Part shown: positions 39,325 to 49,883 of the stretch, in pieces
Numbering within the stretch: the stretch's first letter is position 1
Layout: every line of letters starts with the position of its first letter
NCBI GenBank assembly: GCA_964016885.1
Contig: OZ024750.1
Location: forward strand, 3,658,001 to 3,722,000
DNA length: 64,000 bases
Source of the DNA: Eledone cirrhosa
Taxonomy: Eukaryota
Direction: 5' to 3'
Made by a program: the position numbers and the translations under genes
Notes under the pieces: model-generated
The model's database searches: none
Told to the model about the DNA's origin: nothing
Seen by the model: the letters and a program-made list of their open reading frames with translations, nothing else

Positions 39325-42300
39325 ATGGAGTCAACTCCAAAAAAATCATGTCTTTGTAGCCATGATGATGAACAGTATTCGAATGTGTTTACAGAAATTC
39401 CACCTCAACCTAAAGTTGCAAAACTTGGTCAATTAACAGAAGAGCAACTAAATAAATTCTTTGATGAGGTAAACTAACTAATTCTTTCATATATTTAACA
39501 ATATATAATTGCTTTTGTTTGAGACTTGTGTAATACTTTTAGCGTAATACTTGGCTTTAGTCAAAATAGTTTATGAAAATTAGTATCATTCTTTTTTTTT
39601 ATTATTCACAATATTTCTAAGAACAAGTACATAATAAAAAGAAAACTGTTAATCTTTTAGCATTTAAACCGGCTGTATCAGCCAGAATTCTCTCACAGCT
39701 TGTACAAACCGGTCATAACTGACCACTCATACCAACGTTTAGGTATTGATCTGAAAATAAATGACATCAAAATCTCATAGATTCGATATTATATGAGATA
39801 TTATGTGAGGTAAAGCCTTTGCCACAAAAATACAAGAGTAAATATAGAGTAATGTAAATGTTATGTGAGATATTATGTAAGATAAACCCTTTACCATGAA
39901 AATACAATAGTATATATAGAGTAATGTAAATGATAAAGGGTTAAAGGAAAGAAAGGGAGAGGGGGGGGACAGTCACTACACCCCAGTCTGAATAATACCT
40001 TAGCCGTGCTCCATGCACAAAATGGCAAAAGCATTTCTGCAGAGAATAGCCAGAGACACCTACTCCATCAGCCACCTCCACCTCACGGCCCTCTCTCCTC
40101 AAGCAAGCCACCATCTTTCTGACTTTACAGAGGAAATCAGCTGCATGAAGACCAAGAACACCAGAGGTCTAACAGAGACCAATACAAAGAGGAGGTGGCC
40201 TGGTATTTGACTATCTTCCTCTCCTCTACATTGTGGGCAACAGAGCCTGGGTTTGTGGCCAGAGCGACACAGCTGGAGGTGAAAAATGGATCACTGCATG
40301 TCATGTCATTCTTATTTCTCATTTTAAAAAGGTTGACATTAGAGAAAATAACATAAAAAATAAACATAACTAATGACAGTTTAAAATCAATAAAATCCTC
40401 AGAAAATAGTTCTAACAGCCTGCTACTATAAAATATTCTCTTGTATTTTAATATCAGGGTTTTCTCATTGTGAATGGGGTTTTTCCACCTGAAGAACTTC
40501 AACCATGTCGTAATGACATTGAAATCCTAGTAGACAATCTAGCACAGAAACTATATAAAGCTGGGAAAATCAATGGTAGGTTTTACTGACAAGAATTTAT
40601 TTAATGCATTCCTCATACATTCTACTGTTTTTATTATATCAACAATACATTTCTTGAAGTTTTCACTTCCCTAACTTTTCTTCTCAGAACAAGAACAAAA
40701 ACAGAAGCTCATCAGAATGATGCTTATCCCGGTTTCCATGGCCTAAAGTGATTGAAATTACAAGACTCCCCCCTGTCCAGGACACCAGTCCATCACAGGT
40801 TTAAACCCCCAGCTATTGCTGGTACTCATTTTCAGCTGAGTATACTGGAGCAACGTGAAATAAAGTGTTTTGCTGAAGAACACAACACACAACCCAGTCC
40901 AAGACTCAAACCCACAACATTATGATTGTAAGCCCAACACCCTCACCACTAGGCCACACACCTCCACAATTAATTTAAATGAGCATATTTAATCGTAAAT
41001 ATGGTAATGAAAGTGTTAATTATTTATTCCTTACCACTATCTGTGTTATGTAATTCTAATGTTTAGTTCTACATATTCTGTACAGCCTCTGGGAATTGTT
41101 CCATCTTGAAACATCTTTAAATATTGTCTTTTATCTGCCAATGATTCCTCAATTGTTACATCTATGTTAACATCCCAAAACATTTGGAACATTATTTCTA
41201 GAACTACATGAAGATTGTGGATTATTTCAAAGATTAACTGAGATAGACAAAGAATTTCCAGGAGCCTCTATTCTTCTCTTTAAATCTCAGAAGTTAACCA
41301 AGGTAAATTATGTTTTATATAATTATAAAAGAAAGTTCTAAAAGTACATTAAAACCTGTAAAAGATATTTATAATGGATGTGTGTATAATGACTTTATTG
41401 AAAATGAAAATGAAGTAAAATTTACAGCTATTATCTGTAAAGATAAAGTGGTGGATTGGCAGTATCGGTAGAGGGTCAGACGCTATGCTTTGCAGGAAAG
41501 AGTTACGGTCCTTTATGATCTGAGTTCAAATCCCGCCGATGTTAACTTTGCCTTTCATCCTTACGGAGGTCGATAAAATAAAGTACCAGTAATACACTGG
41601 GGTAATTGCTGGCCTTGTGCCAAAAGTAGAAACAATTATCTATAAAGATTTAGCTGGTCTCCTACATTCCTCAGTCCTATCATGGAAAGCAATGTGAACT
41701 GAAGTGTCTTGCTCAAGAACAATGTGCTTGCTGTCCAATCCAGGAATCGAACCCACATCTTTATGATAATTGGCTCAACATTCTAACCACTAAGCCACAC
41801 ACCTTATATATGTGTATGTGTGTGTGTGTGTGTGAAAAATATTTATATAAACATTTGTTTATTATTCATCAATGAATAATTTGTCAATAATATATGTTCT
41901 TTTAAAATATTTTTATTTATACTAATACCTTTATTTCATTTTAAAATTATTTCTTTTATTATCACAAAAGAGTTTCCAAAACCTTTGGTCCAATGAAAGA
42001 TTATTGAACATTGCTGAACAGATTTTAGGACCTGAAATTTCTGGTCATCCTGTCTGGAATCTTCGTCCTAAAATACCAAATTCTGACATTGTAAAAGTTC
42101 CATGGCACCAAGGTAAAATATAATTTCTTTCTAGTAAATGGCAGAAAAGATAAACTAATAAATTAACGACCTTGTGATATTTAATTATGTCCCTTTGTGT
42201 TCTAACTTGAAATGTTACTAAGTATCAGTTTGGAGGTTGTTACCAGTAGAGGCCCAGGAAAGGAAGAGAGCAAAGTGCCAGTTGTTGGTGGAGGATCAGG

Positions 42301-44762
42301 TACATGACAGTGGAGGTTGACAGTTGACGGTTTGCAGCTTGTCCTCTTAGCAAGGCCTACATTACAGGAGTAAGCAGGAGGAACGTAACTTTATGCTGTA
42401 AAGCATGTTGTCCGACACTCTACCGATTCTGCTAACCCACCGCCCTTATACTATCTTAATAAAGAAATGAAGTGTTTTGCTCAAGAACACAACACACAAC
42501 CCAGCCCAGGAATCGAACCCACGACATTATGATTGTAAGTCCAATACCCTTACCACTAGGCCACGTGCCACCACACCTAATTCATTGGCTAATTTGATAA
42601 TTATTTCCCTCCAGATAGTGCCTATTTCCATCCTGAATCCTATGACCATATGATATTCACAGCGTGGATTCCATTCTTGGATACCAATGCTAGAAATGGC
42701 GGCATGCAAGTAAATCAACCTTTTTTTTTGTTTTATGTTCTCTTCATCTCAATATTATTTTGACAGAGTTTTTATTATCTTCATATCCATCATTATGTTG
42801 TTAGTCATCATCATCATCACCATCATCATTATCACCACCATCATCATTGTCACCATCATCATCATTATCATCATCTTCATCATCATCATCATCGTCATCA
42901 CCACCACCATCCTCATTGTCATCATCATCACCATCACCATCATCATTATCATCATCTTCATCATCATAATCACCTCACCACCATCTATGAAATATACTCT
43001 ATTTTAATTAATTAATGAAGAATTTTGAGGGCTTTACTAAAATCATTAATTATTTCATTACTAAGATAGTAACTTAATGTAAAGTTCTTATATAAAATTG
43101 TTGGAAGATTTTAATTTAAATTGGAAACCTTTGAAATGGGTGGTTTTATTTCATAGAAGCAGAACCAATTTTGGCCGGGTTGGTAACTAAAGGTTTACAA
43201 TCATACATTGACAGAAAAACTTGATTTTATTCTGTCTTTAACAGATGGCTCGCTATGGTCATCGTACTGGAAAGATTGCTCACCATACCTGCAGTCCAGG
43301 AGATACATGGTATGTTGATCTGGCTGAAGAAGAAATACAAAATACATTAGGTAAGAATGTATTACACCTGTTACTGCCACATGACAAGTTGTTGTTTTAA
43401 AAATCACTTCACTCTATTTTCAAAGGAACATTAGATAATGTTTCTTTAAATCATTTCACTCTACCTGGAAGATGGCCAAATTTGATCTAAAAATGATATT
43501 CAATGCTGTTTTCAATTTTGTTCTTTTTAAGGCGTAGATTTAGACAAAGATATTATAACCTGTCACGTTCCTTATGGTGGAATGCTGCTATTTCAAAATA
43601 TCATACCACATCGCAGGTAAATATTTTAATTTCCAACTGAATTATTCAATTTTGATAGGGTTTATTAATTATTTCATGATTAAGATGATATTTGCAATAT
43701 AACTTAACAAATGGTTTGGTCACCAAATTATGTTGGAGATAGGTGTAAAAGCCAAACTCACTATCTTCAATTCAGTATTTGTGACTACCCTTACTTGATA
43801 GAGGAGGATTTTTAATATTTCAAAGAAGTTAACTCACCAATACTGATTGTTAAAAGAAGAATGATATGTTAGAAATTTTCCAATCAATTTATTTTTGGAC
43901 CTCTTAATATTGTATTGATTTATTGTGCTCATAATTCTATTTACAGCCTGTTAAATGTTTCAAATGATGTGCGTTGGAGTGTTGATTTACGATGGCAATC
44001 ACCAAAGGAAAAATGGGGTTTTTATAACCTCCAAGAAGGAATTCTAATGAGATCAGAAACACAACCAAACTTAGAACCAGACTGGGAAAAATTTCTTTCA
44101 ACTGACCGTAAAATTGAGTGGCAAAAACGTTACAGCAAGGTATATTTGATTTTGATTTTTTCTCTATCTGGGTTAAACTGATTGCTATTTGTAATATTGA
44201 TTTGTGATTTAGGCACAAGACCAACAAATAGAACACAGTACTTGACTGGTACTTTATTTTATTGATAGAGGAAGGATGAAAGGCAAAGGTGACCTAGGTG
44301 GGTTTGTAAAGACCCCAGAACAAATACCACAAAAGCCTTTTATCCTACACTCTCTCTCTATCCTTTTCTGGAAGAAATTGGCTGCATTCAAACCTGGAGA
44401 GTGGCTCCACCAAGACACGCTGTATATCACTACGACACCCCTACGACTCTATCAGGAGTCACAGATCTAAATAAACAATGCTTCAGTAAGAAAGACTAAT
44501 GACAGCCATAGCAAGGATATATAAATAACTTATTCAAATCATGTTCAGTATTATAATAATTGTTATTGTTCTAGTACCTTTTCTTTTGTTAAAGAAATCA
44601 ATAGTTTTATTTCACATTACTTTTATTCAACAGGAAGAGAAAACTGACGATGAATTTAACACCTGTGTATCAGGTCCATGGTTTAACAGGTGGGAGATAA
44701 TTCACCGCAACAGACACATCGACAGTTTCCGGTTCGATAATGAAGAAAAAGCTAACATTTGA
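39325..44762 (+). CDS. PhyH-family (phytanoyl-CoA dioxygenase-like) Fe(II)/2-oxoglutarate dioxygenase, 370 aa, 9 coding exons
   Basis: Exons 39325-39468, 40458-40575, 41202-41302, 41971-42112, 42615-42709, 43245-43350, 43532-43616, 43947-44139, 44634-44762; total 1113 nt, in frame ATG to TGA. PhyH motifs: LTEEQLNKFFDEGFL, PWHQD (HxD), TAWIPFLDTNARNGGM, distal His in PHRS, Arg in VRWSVDLRW. Confidence 0.92.
39649..39944 (-). mobile_element. piggyBac-like MITE family A with internal ~70-bp duplication
   Basis: TIRs; segment TATGTGAGATATTATGT...GAGTAATGTAAATG present twice. Confidence 0.8.
41448..41640 (+). mobile_element. tRNA-derived SINE family 2
   Basis: GGTGGATTGGCAG..CGGTAG A-box-like, GAGTTCAAATCCCGCC B box, CTTTGCCTTTCATCC...ATAAAATAAAGTACCAGT core; copies at 1685-1865 (-), 7255-7360, 21255-21480 (-), 21600-21800 (-), 33340-33510, 44207-44345 (-), 45262-45485 (-), 45500-45695 (-), 50840-51000. 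Confidence 0.8.
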
Positions 44763-44776
44763 AACCATCAATACAG

Positions 44777-45020
44777 TTAACCCTTTTGATATGAAACTGC
44801 CTGAAACCACCCTGGATTTATGATACAAAACTGCTTATTTAAAAATATTTATCCTTATATTAAACATTCCATCATAATTACATTTTAGAAATGTTCTAAA
44901 TATCAATTTTCTAATACAAAAACTTAGTTTTACTGAATTCCTATAAGTTTTTGCTTATCTTCAAAATTATTTAAAAGACATAGGCTGTGTATTTCAAAAG
45001 AAAGTTGCTATCAAGAGACA
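44777..45020 (+). mobile_element. TTAA-start MITE family C (diverged)
   Basis: TTAACCCTTTTGATA...CCTGAAACCACCCTGG start; related copies at 59070-59400, 53567-53760 and 38040-38250 (-). Confidence 0.55.
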
Positions 45021-45069
45021 TATCTTTGTAGATTTTTTAATACATATTTGAAATATATCCAAGAGGATG

Positions 45070-45075
45070 AATAAA
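45070..45075 (+). terminator. Candidate poly(A) signal for the PhyH-like gene
   Basis: AATAAA ~310 nt after the stop, followed by a T-rich stretch. Confidence 0.45.
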
Positions 45076-45735
45076 CATACAAAACTTCAAAAATATTTTA
45101 CTTTTCCATTCATTTTCTTTTCTTTTCAAAGATTCTGTTACCTATCAGAGTTTAGCATGGGTTAGATGTTATAAAAATCTTAATTGCTTATAATCTGGCC
45201 ATAGATTTCTACCTGAAAATGTCTCAATCAACCCATGTCAGTAAAAACAGGCATATCATCAATAATGGTTTCTGATTTAGGCACAAAGCCAACAATGTTA
45301 TTGGAGAGGAGAAAGTCGATTAAATCAACCCTAGTACATTACTGGTACTTTATTTTGTCGACCCTATAAGGACGAAAGGCAAAGCTGATCTCGGCGGGAT
45401 TTTAACTCAGAACATTAGAATGTCATAACCAAATACCACAAAGTATTTTGGTCAGCACTCTACCGATTCTGCCAATCCACCACCATAGACATATAATCAA
45501 TAATTGTTTCTACTTTTGGCACAAGGCCAGCGATTACCCCAGTGTATTACTGGTGCTTTATTTTATCGACCCTGTAAGGATGAAAAGCAAAGTTAACCTC
45601 AGTGGGATTTGAACTCAGAACGTAAAGGGTCGTAACTCTATACTGTAAAGCATGGCATCCGACCCTCCACCAATACTGCCAATACACTACCAATCAATAA
45701 TAACAATAGAAAGCCAGTGACAAATACAAATTGAA

Positions 45736-45741
45736 TTTATT
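45736..45741 (-). terminator. Candidate distal poly(A) signal for UBAC1
   Basis: AATAAA on the minus strand at the end of the AT-rich region downstream of the UBAC1 stop; usage not demonstrated. Confidence 0.35.
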
Positions 45742-46043
45742 GTAGAAAAAAAGGTGAGCAAATATGAGTCATCAATTATCTCCAAATATTGAGACTTTCT
45801 AATTCAGGAAATCACAGCAAATGTTAATTTTTCATTATTTTAATTTTTTTTTTTTGTATTACAAAAGTCAAAATTTGACTTTTGTGAAATATTGAAACAA
45901 TGTTAAAATTTTAAAATATATTTATACAGAAAAATCTCATTAAATAATATAAATTACTTCGCCATTTTCTATTTTTTCTTTTGGAGTGGATATAACTTAT
46001 AGAAAAACTTGACTTGGATTTTCCATAATCACCAATAGTTGAT

Positions 46044-46118
<75 letters not shown>

Positions 46119-46155
46119 ATATATATATAAATGTATATATATATAAATATGTATG

Positions 46156-46193
<38 letters not shown>

Positions 46194-47189
46194 GTGTGTT
46201 GAACATTAAGATTCTTCTCGTTATACTAAGAGATTCAGCTGAAAGATCAGTTCTCAAAACAAGTGTAAATACATGAAAACATGCAAAAAAAAACAACAAA
46301 AAACAAACAAACTAATATACAATATTGATAACATACAGTTTGACTATATTGTTAATATTATAGAATAAATAACGTAGACAATTATGGAAACCAAACTTAG
46401 TACAGTATTAGAAAGGCCAAATATTCTGAACATTGATACTACAAGAGATTTCTTTTTTATATATATAAAGAACAAAATATGAAACCTTTCATTATATTGT
46501 ATATAGTATTCTGTACATGTATATTCTATAATGTGCCATAGATTGGAAGCTGAGTGGGTTCACAACCTGTTTTTGATTCCTATAATTAGCCATTTCACTT
46601 CACTAAAGCCTCATGTCTTCTCTGCAAGTCTGGATTGTCAGTTACTAAACTGACTCATACAATGTCTTCAATGTGGTCTAAACAACCAAACAGATTCGAA
46701 AATATAACAAGATCTGGAACCCAGTGAAACTGTTGGTGGTCTGGATTGACAAATATTTATCCAAAGAAGAGTTCAGAAAATAGATTTGCCAGGAAGAATG
46801 AAAGTACCATTCTAAAATATGTCTCCCCTTTCTTTAAAACTTACCAGTTGTTTTTTTCTTCTTTATATAAATGTAGTATCTAAACAGCTATTATTTGCTC
46901 AGTTTTATTTTGATAATTGTGATACTTTGGTTTTGAGTACTTCTTTCTCTCAGTTGTCAACTACATATGGATATATATATATATATCATCACTGTTCTAC
47001 GTCCGTTCTTCCACGCTAGCGTGGGTTAGACGGGTTGTCATGTTGTGGGCAGTGTCCAGTCGTCTGACCTTGTTTTGCTCATACAGGAACTGATTCTCGC
47101 TTGATTTCTACAGCTGGATGCCCTTCCTAACACCAACCCCATTTACAGTGAGTGCTGGGTGCTTTTTTTCCGTGGCGCCTACATATATA

Positions 47190-47372
47190 TATAGGAAAAG
47201 AGTCAGGACCCTGACGGCTGAGCTCCAGCCATTTCGACAGCTAAATCTAGCTATCGAAACAGCCAGAGCTCAGCCATTGTAGTCCTGACTCTTTTTTTAT
47301 TATCCACTCTACTACCCCAAGTATCGAGCACTCTGGTGCGTTATGGTCCACTTGGTTTCTTACCACACTTTG
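47190..47372 (+). mobile_element. Family H2 element with terminal inverted duplication (~100-bp palindrome 47196-47295)
   Basis: AAAAGAGTCAGGAC...CAGCTA/TAGCTA...GTCCTGACTCTTTT plus a tail matching 3178-3250; (TA)n flanks. Confidence 0.55.
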
Positions 47373-47636
47373 TTATATATATATATATATATATGTGTAT
47401 GTGTGTGTATGGTTGTGTCCCAATGAGCACTAGAATGTTGGTATCAACCTTAATGACCTGAAACCATAGTGATTTCCATAGGTTGACTGAAAAGATGGGA
47501 CTATCCATCATTCTGTTGTTTTTTTCATTGTCTTTGCCCTATTTTGAATATATATATATATCATCATGGTAATTAAAGCACTCAGCCTTATTGTATACAG
47601 TGTCACACTGACTCTACTTAAATATTACACTAAAGG

Positions 47637-48408
47637 TATATTACACAGTAATACAATAACCAGCTATTTACACAGTAATACAATAACCAGCTATTTACAC
47701 AGTAATACAATAACCAGCTATTTACACTGTAATACAATAACCAGCTATTTACACTGTAATACAATAACCAGCTATTTACACTGTAATACAATAACCAGCT
47801 ATTTACACTGTAATACAATAACCAGCTATTTACACAGTAATACAATAACCAGCTATTTACACTGTAATACAATAACCAGCTATTTACACTGTAATACAAT
47901 AACCAGCTATTTACACAGTAATACAATAACCAGCTATTTACACTGTAATACAATAACCAGCTATTTACACTGTAATACAATAACCAGCTATTTACACAGT
48001 AATACAATAACCAGCTATTTACAGTGTAATACAATAACCAGCTATTTACACTGTAATACAATAACCAGCTATTTACACTGTAATACAATAGCCAACTATT
48101 TACACTGTAATACAATAACCAGCTATTTACACTGTAATACAATAACCAGCTATTTACACTGTAATACAATAGCCAACTATTTACACTGTAATACAATAAC
48201 CAGCTATTTACACTGTAATACAATAACCAGCTATTTACACTGTAATACAATAACCAGCTATTTACACAGTAATACAATAACCAGCTATTTACACTGTAAT
48301 ACAATAACCAGCTATTTACACTGTAATACAATAGCCAACTATTTACACTGTAATACAATAACCAGCTATTTACACAGTAATACAATAACCAGCTATTTAC
48401 ACTGTAAT
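47637..48408. repeat. 27-bp minisatellite, ~28 copies
   Basis: Unit TATTTACAC(T/A)GTAATACAATAACCAGC with variant ATAGCCAAC units. Confidence 0.97.
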
Positions 48409-48529
48409 TCAATGAGTAAGTAGTTCTATTGATCAAACAACTGGAACCCTCATTCATGAAAACAATTCATGATCATTAAATAATTTTAATCAGTTTCCCT
48501 TTCATTAAGTGTCATCAGATGAGTTATAT

Positions 48530-48758
48530 TTAACCCTTTAGCATTTAAACTGGCCATATTCAGTCAGAATTCTCTCACCTCTTTCTGTTCAAACCAGACA
48601 TAACTGGCCCCTCAAACTGACTTTAAGGTATTGTTCTCAAAATAAATAATATCAAAATCTCATAGATTTGATATTATGTGATATAATTATGTAAGATAAA
48701 GCCTTTACCACAACAATACAACAGTATATATAGAGTAATGTAAATGCTAAAGGGTTAA
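48530..48758 (-). mobile_element. piggyBac-like MITE family A
   Basis: TTAA flanks, perfect TIRs. Confidence 0.9.
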
Positions 48759-49235
48759 TTAACATTTTCATTTGAAATTGAACTTGAAACCTTCTATTTA
48801 GCTTTGAATGGTATAAAGTTGCTGTACTGTATCCTTATATCCTTATGCAGAAAATTGATGAAGAGAAACTAAGCAGTAAAAAATTTCTAAATGTGCAATG
48901 AATACCTTTTTTCTAGCAGTTTACAATAATTGATAATACAAGCTTTTCTATATTGCTTCTAGATTATCAAGTCTTTGGTAATAGAAATATACAGAAGCAA
49001 TGTTTGGATTAGAAACCAGAGACAAATGTGACATAGGACAGTATCTATTCTATATACTTCAAAATACTTTGCTGGATAGCATAATAACATTAAATAGAAG
49101 AGATTCAAAGATATGGTGTCAAGGCTTTCATATATAAATCATTAACCAACTGGGATTATTTGAGATTAAAAAAAAAAAACCAAAAAACAATGGTGATTCT
49201 TGTATCGCTATTTTGGCAAATACAGAGAAGGCTAT

Positions 49236-49276
49236 GCTTTGCTGATGAGATCATAAGAGCGAAACATGTCCAGAGT
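49236..49276 (+). ncRNA. Minimal type I hammerhead ribozyme motif (Penelope-type)
   Basis: GCTTTG-CTGATGA-GATC ATAA GAGC-GAAA-CATG-TC-CAGAGT: stem I 6 bp with G-U pairs, intact core, palindromic stem III ACATGT, GUC cleavage site after 49270. Confidence 0.75.
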
Positions 49277-49334
49277 TATTTCCCATACTTGCCAAAAAAA
49301 AAAAAAAAAAAAAAAAAATGTAAATAATATTCTA

Positions 49335-49534
49335 TATACACAAATATCAGTCAATCTGAATATAAGTCGACATCCCTTATCTTATGTCTGAGAAATAAGC
49401 GAAAATCCAAACCCCGTTTATAAGCTGAGGCAGCTAATCAACACATTGTTTAGATGGCATAAATAAGCCAACCTCTCATTTTACCTTCGATGTTTTGGTC
49501 ACATATTCCTCAGCTTATATTCGAGTATATAAGG
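49335..49534 (-). mobile_element. pogo/Tigger-like MITE
   Basis: Terminus CCTTATATACTCGAATATAAGC; reverse-complement copy at ~19005-19285 (interrupted). Confidence 0.6.
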
Positions 49535-49883
49535 CAATCATTAACTAACATTGTTTGTTTTTCTTCACTACATTTCTAATTAGCTTTTTAACACTCTTTG
49601 CATGAAATATGCCAGCATAATCTTAACTATTATTTGAGAAAGTTTACTGAAAACCAATAGAAAAGTTAAATAGCCATAAAACAGTGTAAATCGAATTTTT
49701 AAAATGTGTAATGATGTGAGAAGAAAATCAAGGTTGAAAAAAACCCAGGAAAATATAGCAAGAGAAAGAAATTTGAGCTCTAATTGTTGCTAAGCTGGAC
49801 GTTGTCACTATCTACTTGAAGACATAGACTGTTCCATGAGAGGACTGTAGAAACTATAATGGCAGCTAAATTAAAAGTTACCA

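Noticed and set aside
47566-48457. 285-aa and 275-aa ORFs (HCNTITSYL / VNSWLLYYS repeats)
   Set aside because: Stop-free frames of a 27-bp minisatellite; no splice or homology support.
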